Assembly: GCA_022710715.1 (NCBI GenBank)
Contig: JAKLGJ010000004.1
Span: 320,166-384,165 of the forward strand
Length of the DNA stretch: 64,000 nucleotides
Direction of reading: 5' to 3'
Source of the DNA: Candidatus Omnitrophota bacterium
GTDB taxonomy: Bacteria > Omnitrophota > Gorgyraeia > Gygaellales > Profunditerraquicolaceae
The notes beneath the pieces were generated by a model, which had not been told where the DNA came from, did no database searches, and saw only the letters and a program-made list of their open reading frames with translations. A program made the translations under genes and the position numbers. Below, one piece after another: positions 9,856-17,141 of the stretch (within the stretch, counting starts at the first letter, position 1; each line of letters begins with the position of its first letter).

Positions 9856-10170
9856 ATGAGCGGAAATAACTGGGTTCCGGTTATAGCGGAGAATAAATTA
9901 AAAGCAGAGAGTTCAAAGGTGGTGTTTCCCCGAGGGATAGCAGTTTTGCTTATCCGTAAGGCCGCCGATGAACTCTTTGCTGTTTCCAATAGATGCGCGC
10001 ACATGTCCTGCCCGTTGCGTGACGGAAAACTCGATGGATACGTCTTGAGCTGTCCCTGTCATGATTGGCGTTTCGATATCCGTACCGGACGATTCCTGGA
10101 TGCGCCGGAAATCGCTATCCGGGTATACGAGACCAGGATTGAAGAGGGGAACGTTTGGGTTAAACTGTAA
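9856..10170 (+). CDS. Rieske [2Fe-2S] domain protein
   Basis: 'CAHMSCPL' ... 'CPCHDWRF' are the two Cys-x-His Rieske boxes. Confidence 0.8.
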   Translation: MSGNNWVPVIAENKLKAESSKVVFPRGIAVLLIRKAADELFAVSNRCAHMSCPLRDGKLDGYVLSCPCHDWRFDIRTGRFLDAPEIAIRVYETRIEEGNVWVKL

Positions 10171-10180
10171 GGAGTCGGCC

Positions 10181-10435
10181 ATGAAAACGGTAAAAGTGTT
10201 CGCGTTAAGCACCTGTCCCTGGTGCAAGAAAACAAAGCAGTTTTTCCAGGATCGCAAGATCCCGGCAGAGTTCTTTGATTACGACCTGGCCGGCGCCCGG
10301 GAACAGGAAGAGCTTCTCGCCGAAATGGAACGCTTCGGCGGCGGCAATTCTTTTCCCCTGGTGTTGATCGGCGAGGAAGCGGTGGAAGGGTACGATCCCG
10401 ATCAGTTCTGCGACTTGCTGGAGATACCCAAGTGA
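10181..10435 (+). CDS. glutaredoxin-like protein
   Basis: 'VFALSTCPWCKKTKQFF' is a CPxC thioredoxin-fold active site. 84 aa. AAGGAG RBS upstream. Begins 11 nt after the upstream Rieske stop. Confidence 0.75.
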   Translation: MKTVKVFALSTCPWCKKTKQFFQDRKIPAEFFDYDLAGAREQEELLAEMERFGGGNSFPLVLIGEEAVEGYDPDQFCDLLEIPK

Positions 10436-10767
10436 ATCCGGCAGCGCGCAAAAAGGCTTTACGCTATTTTTTCCAGAAAGTCGTCGACCCGCTGGGCTAC
10501 AAGTTCACTCCCGATGAAGAACTGGCGGAATTCTGTCTGGAGCAGGAAGTTATTCTGGAACGGCGTTATGGAGTCCCGTTTTGCCCCTGCAAGCGCATCA
10601 CCGCCAACCGCTACGAGGATATGCAGATCGTCTGTCCGTGCATTCCGTTCCATCGGGAGCATTTCGACGCCATGAAACGCTGCTGGTGCGGTTTGTTCGT
10701 GCATAAGGATGTAGTTGATCCCGCGACACTCAAACAGGTATCCGAAAAGAAATTCAGGAAAGGCTGA
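10432..10767 (+). CDS. ferredoxin-thioredoxin reductase catalytic-subunit-like protein (FTR beta family)
   Basis: 'CPCK'...'CPCIPFHREH'...'CWCGLF' reproduces the CPC/CPC/CHC cysteine arrangement of the FTR catalytic chain. GTG start overlaps the glutaredoxin TGA. Confidence 0.65.
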   Translation: MNPAARKKALRYFFQKVVDPLGYKFTPDEELAEFCLEQEVILERRYGVPFCPCKRITANRYEDMQIVCPCIPFHREHFDAMKRCWCGLFVHKDVVDPATLKQVSEKKFRKG

Positions 10768-10768
10768 C

Positions 10769-11098
10769 ATGCTGATAGAAGTCGCCAGGGTCGCGGATAT
10801 CGCGGACGGCGGGATGATCGCCGTGAGCGTCAAAGGCAAGGAAATCGTTATCTGCAATTACGAAGGCAGGTTCTACGCGGTGAGCCGCGCCTGCGGCCAT
10901 CTCAACGCGTACCTGAACAGCGGAACCCTTGACGGCTATATCCTGACCTGTCCGTTGCATTTCGCCCAGTTCGACATTACTACCGGCGAAGCCTTGAGCG
11001 GTCCGGTGCCGCCGGATCCCGATCCGCTCCACGCCACAGCCGATCTCAAAACCTATCCGGTGCAGGTCAAGGCCGATACCATCAGTATCGATATCTGA
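10769..11098 (+). CDS. Rieske [2Fe-2S] domain protein (NirD-like)
   Basis: 'CGHLNAYL' ... 'CPLHFAQF' Rieske boxes. ATG lies 1 nt after the FTR stop. Confidence 0.8.
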   Translation: MLIEVARVADIADGGMIAVSVKGKEIVICNYEGRFYAVSRACGHLNAYLNSGTLDGYILTCPLHFAQFDITTGEALSGPVPPDPDPLHATADLKTYPVQVKADTISIDI

Positions 11099-11174
11099 CC
11101 GCTCCGCAGCCCCATTGCTTTCCTATCGTAAGAGTGCTATAATCTACCGAAATAATCAACCGGAGGAAGAAAAG

Positions 11175-12902
11175 ATGAAAATCCTTAAAATCACGCTCAT
11201 TTCCCTGCTGGCGCTGGTCGTGCTGGTTGCGCTGGCGGCGGTGATCTTTGTCGCTACGTTCGATGTCAACCGGTACAAACCCCAGATTATCGCGCAGGCG
11301 TCCGCCGCGCTGGGACGCCAGGTGAACTTTGACCGGGCCCGACTGGGTATTTCCCTGACCCGGGGCATCAGCCTCGAGATCAGCGATCTCTCCATCGCCG
11401 AGGATCCGGCTTTTGCCGCAGGCGATTTCTGCACGGTCAAAGACATTTCCCTGGCAGTGGATGCGCTGGGATTCATTCTCCGGAAAAAAGTCAACGTCCC
11501 CGGCGTGCTCATCGATACGCCGCGGATCACCATTATCCGTCAGAAAGACGGTTCGATGAATGTGATGACTATTGCCAAACCCGCGCAGCCTGCGGCTCAA
11601 CCTGTCGTTGCGGCCACCCCGCAGCCCGGGACGCCCGCGGCTTTGCCGGCGGTATTGATCACCTCGCTGCAGCTCAAAGGCGGAACCGTCACCTATATCG
11701 ATAATTCTTTCGAGCCGGCGATGAAACTGGCGGTCAATGATCTGACGGTTTCCCTCAACGGGATTTCTTTGTCCGAGGCGTTCCCTTTTGTGGTGGAAGC
11801 GGCGGTTTTGAGCGCACAGAAGAATATCCGGGCGGAAGGCAAGATCCGGCTGGACTTGAAAACCAACGCGGTGACGGTTTCCGATCTTAAATGCCAGTCG
11901 GAGCTTGCGCAGTTGCAAATGGCGCAGCTCGCCGCGGCTCTCCCCATGGTCAAAGACGCGCCTTTGCCGGACAGTCTGAAAGGACAGCTTACCCTGACGG
12001 TCGGAACATTGACTGCCGGAGCCGCCGGCCTGGGAGCGGTGACCGGGCAGGTCTCGCTGGCGGTCGGCGAGGGGATGATCACTGCGGACGGCACGCTTGA
12101 CGCCGGTCAGGCGCAGCAGAATTATGCTGTCAACGCGCAGATCAAGAATTTCAATCTGCAGGAATTCATGATCCAGAAGTCTGCGCCGGTGAAAGCTGAA
12201 GGGATTATCTCCGGCACGATGACCGCCAAAGGCGCAGGTTTTACCCCGGAAGCGATCAAAACCAATCTGACCGGCAACGCCGATATTGCCGTAACCAGGG
12301 CCCGGCTCAAAGATATCAATGTATTGAAGGCTGTCCTGGATAAAATAACCATTCTGCCCGGGCTGGCGCAGCAGGTGCAGGCGAGCCTGCCGGAGAAATA
12401 CCGGCAGAAATTTTCCCAATCCGATACGTCGTTTCTGGATATGAAACTGCCGGTGATCATCGAGAAGGGGCGGATCGTGTTGCGCGAAACTGTCCTGGGC
12501 GCGGAAGAATTCGTCTTCCAGGGCGAGGGTTCCGCCGGTTTTGACGGCAGCTACGGGATGGAAGGCGCTTTTCTGATCCCCGCGGACCTTTCCGCGGCCA
12601 TGACCGCTTCGGTTTCGCAACTGCAGTATCTGCTCAATGACCAGAAACAGATCCTCATCCCTTTGCGGATTTCCGGCGCTGCCGCCGGTAAGGTCGAGTT
12701 CAAGGTTGACGCCGATTATATCGCCAGGCGGTTACTGGAGAACCAGGCCAAGCAGCAGATCTTCAGGGCTATCGACAAAGCTTTGGGCACTGATCAGCCG
12801 GCTGCTTCCGATTCCGGCGACGGGCAGCAATCCGGCTCCGGCGAGGCTTCCTCAACCAAAGAAGCGGTGAGCCAGATCCTGGGCAACATTTTCAAAAAAT
12901 AG
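11175..12902 (+). CDS. AsmA family protein
   Basis: N-terminal TM anchor 'ISLLALVVLVALAAVIFVATFDVNRYKP' and a long periplasmic region of AsmA type. RBS GGAGGAAG upstream. Confidence 0.6.
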   Translation: MKILKITLISLLALVVLVALAAVIFVATFDVNRYKPQIIAQASAALGRQVNFDRARLGISLTRGISLEISDLSIAEDPAFAAGDFCTVKDISLAVDALGFILRKKVNVPGVLIDTPRITIIRQKDGSMNVMTIAKPAQPAAQPVVAATPQPGTPAALPAVLITSLQLKGGTVTYIDNSFEPAMKLAVNDLTVSLNGISLSEAFPFVVEAAVLSAQKNIRAEGKIRLDLKTNAVTVSDLKCQSELAQLQMAQLAAALPMVKDAPLPDSLKGQLTLTVGTLTAGAAGLGAVTGQVSLAVGEGMITADGTLDAGQAQQNYAVNAQIKNFNLQEFMIQKSAPVKAEGIISGTMTAKGAGFTPEAIKTNLTGNADIAVTRARLKDINVLKAVLDKITILPGLAQQVQASLPEKYRQKFSQSDTSFLDMKLPVIIEKGRIVLRETVLGAEEFVFQGEGSAGFDGSYGMEGAFLIPADLSAAMTASVSQLQYLLNDQKQILIPLRISGAAAGKVEFKVDADYIARRLLENQAKQQIFRAIDKALGTDQPAASDSGDGQQSGSGEASSTKEAVSQILGNIFKK

Positions 12903-12945
12903 CCGGCATGTCTTATCTGTATGCGTTTGATCTAACCGCACGCCT

Positions 12946-13311
12946 ATGCTGATACTTGCCAGATCGGTCGGTCTGTATTTCGTCGTCACCGGCGCAGCTT
13001 TCCTCGCCAATCCCGCCTCATTACATCGCTACATTATTTTCTGGTCGCAGGGAAAACGCCTGTACTGGGTGGGCGTGGGGCGCTTGGTCAGCGCCGCCAT
13101 TCTGCTGGCGGCAGCGCCGGTATGCCGGTTCCCCTGGGTAATGGCAGTGATCGGCGGATTGAACATTCTGCTGGGCATACCCTATTTCTTCCGCGGCATC
13201 GCGGGGATGAAAGCTATGGTAGCGATGTGGGAGAAACGGCCGCCGCGCGCCGTGCGTATCCTGGGAACAGCTTCGCTGGTTTTAGGAGCGATAATCATAC
13301 TCTGCGCGTAA
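12946..13311 (+). CDS. hypothetical membrane protein
   Basis: 121 aa with 3-4 hydrophobic helices. Confidence 0.35.
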   Translation: MLILARSVGLYFVVTGAAFLANPASLHRYIIFWSQGKRLYWVGVGRLVSAAILLAAAPVCRFPWVMAVIGGLNILLGIPYFFRGIAGMKAMVAMWEKRPPRAVRILGTASLVLGAIIILCA

Positions 13312-13329
13312 ATCTGTAAGGGAACGACC

Positions 13330-14802
13330 ATGCCGCAACCTGATCGTATCGATCTGCACGCCATCGCCCGCAGCGCTATGGGCCAATACGGATTCCAGCC
13401 GTTTTTTCCCAAAGCGGTGATCCGGGAAGTGGAAGCTCTGGATGAAGCCGCGGTGCTGGGTAACCCGCCTGATTCAGTGGCCGATCTGCGCGGATTGCTC
13501 TGGTCTTCGATCGATAACGCGGATTCTCTGGACCTGGATCAGCTGGAATTCTGTGAGCCGGCGGCAGGCGGGGAGATCAAGGTCAAAGTGGCGATCGCGG
13601 ACGTTGACGCCTATGTCGCGCGCGCGAGCCGGACCGATGAGCACGCCGCGAAAAACGGCACTTCGGTCTATACCGGCATCGAAACTTTTCCCATGCTCCC
13701 GCAGCGGCTTTGCACGGAATTGACTTCGTTACTCGCCGGGCAGGCGCGTCTGGCGGTGATCATCGAGTACACCGTGTTGTCCGACGGGACATGCCGTTAC
13801 GGCGCGGTGTATCGCGGGCTGGTGCGTAATCAAGCCAAGCTGGTGTATGAAGAGACCGGCGACTGGCTGGAAGGTTCGGGGGCGATCCCCGAAACGGTGC
13901 GGCGGACTGCGGGATTAGAGGCACAGTTGCGTCTGCAGGATCAGGCGGCGCAGCGGTTGCGCGCCCGGCGCCTGCGCCAGGGTGCGCTGGAACTGGAGAT
14001 TATCGAAGCCAGAGCGGTGATCAAGGATGAAACGGTGCAGGATATGATCGTGCCGAAGATAAACCGCGCCAGGCAGGTGATCGAGAATTTCATGATCGCC
14101 GCCAACGAAACAATCGTCGGTTTTCTGGATAAAGCGGATGTGCCGATGATCCAGAGGGTGGTGCGCGCTCCCAGGGACTGGCAGGGGATAGTCGCGATTG
14201 CCGCAGCTTCCGGAACATCCCTGCCAGCTGAACCTGATCCCGTAGCTCTTTCCGCGTTCCTCAAAGAGCGCAAGGCTGCGGATCCCGAACGCTTTCCCGA
14301 TCTGTCCTTAGCGGTGGTGAAACTGCTCGGTCCGGGAGAATATGCCATGCTAGCCCCCGGTCAGACTTCCGCCGGACATTTCGGACTGGCAGTTCTGGAT
14401 TATACCCATTCCACCGCTCCGAACCGCCGCTACGCGGATATGATCATTCAACGGCTGGTGAAATGCGCGATCCAGCGCAACAGCTGTCCGTATACCGAAA
14501 AGCAATTGAGCGATCTGGCGGCCCGGTGCACAGAGCGCGACAAGTTTGCCAAGAAAGTCGAACGGTTTATGCGCAAAGCCGAAGCCGCCGTGCTTTTATC
14601 CGGCCGGCTCAATGAAACTTTTGACGCCATCGTCACCGGCGCTTCCGCAAAAGGTTATTATGCCCGGATCATCGCGCCTCCGGCAGAAGGCAGGATCATG
14701 CGGGGAGGAGACGGTTTGCGCGTGGGGCAGAAGATCAGGATCCGCCTGGTGAATATGGATCCGTATAAAGGCTTTATCGATTTCGAACGGGTACATTCCT
14801 GA
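13330..14802 (+). CDS. RNB domain ribonuclease (RNase II/R family)
   Basis: 'HFGLAVLDYTHSTAPNRRYADMIIQRL' is the conserved RNB catalytic motif. 490 aa. Confidence 0.75.
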   Translation: MPQPDRIDLHAIARSAMGQYGFQPFFPKAVIREVEALDEAAVLGNPPDSVADLRGLLWSSIDNADSLDLDQLEFCEPAAGGEIKVKVAIADVDAYVARASRTDEHAAKNGTSVYTGIETFPMLPQRLCTELTSLLAGQARLAVIIEYTVLSDGTCRYGAVYRGLVRNQAKLVYEETGDWLEGSGAIPETVRRTAGLEAQLRLQDQAAQRLRARRLRQGALELEIIEARAVIKDETVQDMIVPKINRARQVIENFMIAANETIVGFLDKADVPMIQRVVRAPRDWQGIVAIAAASGTSLPAEPDPVALSAFLKERKAADPERFPDLSLAVVKLLGPGEYAMLAPGQTSAGHFGLAVLDYTHSTAPNRRYADMIIQRLVKCAIQRNSCPYTEKQLSDLAARCTERDKFAKKVERFMRKAEAAVLLSGRLNETFDAIVTGASAKGYYARIIAPPAEGRIMRGGDGLRVGQKIRIRLVNMDPYKGFIDFERVHS

Positions 14803-14865
14803 TCAGGGGGGGCACCCCATCAGAGGAACTTTTTCTCGCCCCCGGTTGTCTAAGGAGTAGAAGCG

Positions 14866-15426
14866 ATGGAAGCCATTCCCAGGGAACTCATAGAACAGGC
14901 GCAGGCCGGCGATATCGAGGCCTTTGAGAAGATATATAGAGCTGCTTCCGGCTTGGTCTATAGTGTCGCCTTGCGCGTCACCGGCAACCGTCAGGAAGCG
15001 GAAGAGATCACCCAGGACGTATTTGTAAAGATATACCGCAGCATTCGGGATTTCCGGTTCGAATCTTCTTTTAAAACCTGGGCGTACCGGATAGCCATGA
15101 ATACCGCGCTTAACGCGTATAAAAGAATGGCCAGAGATATGCATCGCAGGGAAGATTTCGATACCGTGATAGAAACCCGGGCCGCTGACACGGATACAGT
15201 GAAAGAGCTGGTCGGCCAGGAAGAACGGCAACAGCGGGAAACGCTTCTGGAATCGTTGCTCACATTGCTTAATCCCGATCAGCGGGCATGTATCGTGCTG
15301 CGGGAGATCGAAGGATTAAGCTATGAAGAGATCGCGCAGGTGTTAAGAGTCAATATCAACACGGTGCGGTCAAGATTAAAAAGGGCGCGGGAAATGCTTT
15401 TAGCCCATACCGGTACGCTGACTTGA
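14866..15426 (+). CDS. RNA polymerase ECF-type sigma factor
   Basis: Sigma-70 region 2 ('DVFVKIYR...FKTWAYRIAMNTALN') and region 4 ('LSYEEIAQVLRVNINTVRSRLKRAR'). Confidence 0.85.
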   Translation: MEAIPRELIEQAQAGDIEAFEKIYRAASGLVYSVALRVTGNRQEAEEITQDVFVKIYRSIRDFRFESSFKTWAYRIAMNTALNAYKRMARDMHRREDFDTVIETRAADTDTVKELVGQEERQQRETLLESLLTLLNPDQRACIVLREIEGLSYEEIAQVLRVNINTVRSRLKRAREMLLAHTGTLT

Positions 15427-15485
15427 GAATACCGCCCGGCGCCGGTAGAGCGCCGGAGCTCCCCTCGCGGGGAAGGAGGTTCGAT

Positions 15486-16001
15486 ATGGATTGCAAGAGA
15501 ATACAGGAATTATTGATCACCGATTATATGGACGGCGAAGCGTCCGCAGAGATCCGGCAGCAGGTTAAAGCGCATCTGGCTGTTTGCGCGCAGTGCCGCG
15601 AGTTCGAGCAGGTCTTGCGCCAGAAAGTCGCCGCGCCTTTTGAGAATCTTGAAGCGGTTAAACCGCCGGAAACCGTCTGGCAGGGGATCAAAGAAGTCAT
15701 AACCGCGGAATCTGAAGCGCAAGAACCTGTGCCGCAACAAGTTCCGGTAACTATCCAGCGGATGTTCGATTTCCTGCGTCAGAGTTTCGCGGTACGCCGG
15801 CCGGCATTCGCGCTTTCTACGGCTTTTTCCATACTATTGGTGGTTTTTCTTTTCGCGCAGGGGCCGGTACGTCGTCAGATGGCGGTTAACGACTATATTC
15901 AGGAGCAATCCACGATTATGCTCTCCTTGAATACTCCGGTAAACGGGGATCTGGACCAGGAAATCAATTTCGGCACCAGCATAGAACGATATCTATTTTA
16001 G
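15486..16001 (+). CDS. anti-sigma factor (zf-HC2)
   Basis: 'HLAVCAQCRE' is an HxxxCxxC zinc-finger. Central TM segment. GGAAGGAGG RBS. Lies directly downstream of the ECF sigma gene. Confidence 0.65.
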   Translation: MDCKRIQELLITDYMDGEASAEIRQQVKAHLAVCAQCREFEQVLRQKVAAPFENLEAVKPPETVWQGIKEVITAESEAQEPVPQQVPVTIQRMFDFLRQSFAVRRPAFALSTAFSILLVVFLFAQGPVRRQMAVNDYIQEQSTIMLSLNTPVNGDLDQEINFGTSIERYLF

Positions 16002-16051
16002 GGAACTTTTTCCCTACCACTGCTGTCTAAGGTAGTGAAAGGAGATTAAAG

Positions 16052-16510
16052 ATGAACGCGCAAGCGAAATTGGTCAGATACAGTCTGGCGGCAATGATGG
16101 TCCTGGTGTGCACAGGTCTGGCAGCGGCTCAACCGTCTGATCCCGACTCGCAGAAGAGAGAGAGAAAGCACCGGCCGCAGATCGAGGAAGTGATCAAGGA
16201 GTTGAATCTTACTCCGGAGCAGCAGCAGCAGATCACCCAACAGCGCGCCAAAGAAAAAGAACAAAGCGAGCAACTGCGTCAGAAGATCCAGGATATCCGG
16301 GCCCAGATCACGCAGGAGCTGGATAAGCCTGCTACGGACAAAGCCAAAGTCAAGGCGCTGGTCACGCAGATGAGCGGGTTGATCGCTCAACGCGTTGAAC
16401 AGAGGATCATGGGGATCGTGGCGCTGAAAGAAATCCTTACCCCGGAACAATTCAAGATGCTTAACGAAAAGACAAAAGGACATGGTCGTCGTAAAGGAGG
16501 ACAAAAATGA
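16052..16510 (+). CDS. Spy/CpxP family periplasmic chaperone (LTxxQ)
   Basis: Signal peptide plus two 'LTPEQ' motifs within an all-helical, charged sequence. Confidence 0.7.
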   Translation: MNAQAKLVRYSLAAMMVLVCTGLAAAQPSDPDSQKRERKHRPQIEEVIKELNLTPEQQQQITQQRAKEKEQSEQLRQKIQDIRAQITQELDKPATDKAKVKALVTQMSGLIAQRVEQRIMGIVALKEILTPEQFKMLNEKTKGHGRRKGGQK

Positions 16511-16953
16511 AAAGACTGGTGTTGATGATTCTCACCGCAGCGACACTGGTAATGGGCATACAGTCGGTCAGTTTGGCCAGCGACTGGGATAAAGCAGGAA
16601 AAGTTCTGGCAGCGATCGAAGGGTTGCGCGTGATCACCGGCGGCAGAGCCGATGTTATCGGTACGGTTACCGGGATCAATAAGCCGCATCAGCAGGATCG
16701 CGGTCATGCCTACGGCCGGGATTGGGACCGGGGCAGAGATCGTTATTCCCGGAGGGATTCGCATTCTACCGTGTATGTCTATAATCGTCGCCCTGATTAT
16801 TGCGAGCAGATCTGGGTGCCGCATTATGTCTGGAGAGAAAAATACGTTCCCGAGCATTATGAGCGCCGCGATGGACGGGATATCTTCATCGGCAGCCACT
16901 ACGAGCGTTTTCAGGTGGAAGAAGGCGGTCACTGGGAAACCGTCTGTAGATAA
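16507..16953 (+). CDS. hypothetical secreted protein
   Basis: Signal peptide. Arg/Asp/Tyr-rich C-terminal half. Start overlaps the upstream stop. Confidence 0.4.
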   Translation: MKRLVLMILTAATLVMGIQSVSLASDWDKAGKVLAAIEGLRVITGGRADVIGTVTGINKPHQQDRGHAYGRDWDRGRDRYSRRDSHSTVYVYNRRPDYCEQIWVPHYVWREKYVPEHYERRDGRDIFIGSHYERFQVEEGGHWETVCR

Positions 16954-16992
16954 GGGGGGACGTTCCTGAAGGTACCACCCCTGAAAAATACG

Positions 16993-17024
16993 GGGCCGGA
17001 CGAAAAGTCCGGCCCTTTTGTTTT
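16993..17024 (+). terminator. rho-independent terminator
   Basis: GGGCCGGACgaaaaGTCCGGCCC hairpin followed by TTTTGTTTT. Confidence 0.65.
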
Positions 17025-17067
17025 AACTCATTGTCAGGCAATCATCAGAGTGCTATAATTAAACCAG

Positions 17068-17102
17068 TTATCCACAGGCAGTCCCGGACGGCCTGTGGAT
17101 AA
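17068..17102. repeat. perfect 12-bp-arm palindrome containing DnaA-box 9-mers (copy 1 of conserved leader)
   Basis: TTATCCACAGGC-AGTCCCGGACG-GCCTGTGGATAA. A TATAAT hexamer sits 9 nt upstream. Conserved CTTCTC..AATAT..CTGCA..AACAGGAGGGG follows to the ATG at 17142. Confidence 0.8.
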
Positions 17103-17141
17103 CTTCTCTGAAATATCTGCAGCCAACAGGAGGGGGAGGAT

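Noticed and set aside
11082-12620. 512-aa minus-strand ORF opposite the AsmA gene
   Set aside because: Arg/Gly/Gln-rich and low complexity, fully antisense to a plus-strand gene with a signal-anchor and AsmA-like features.
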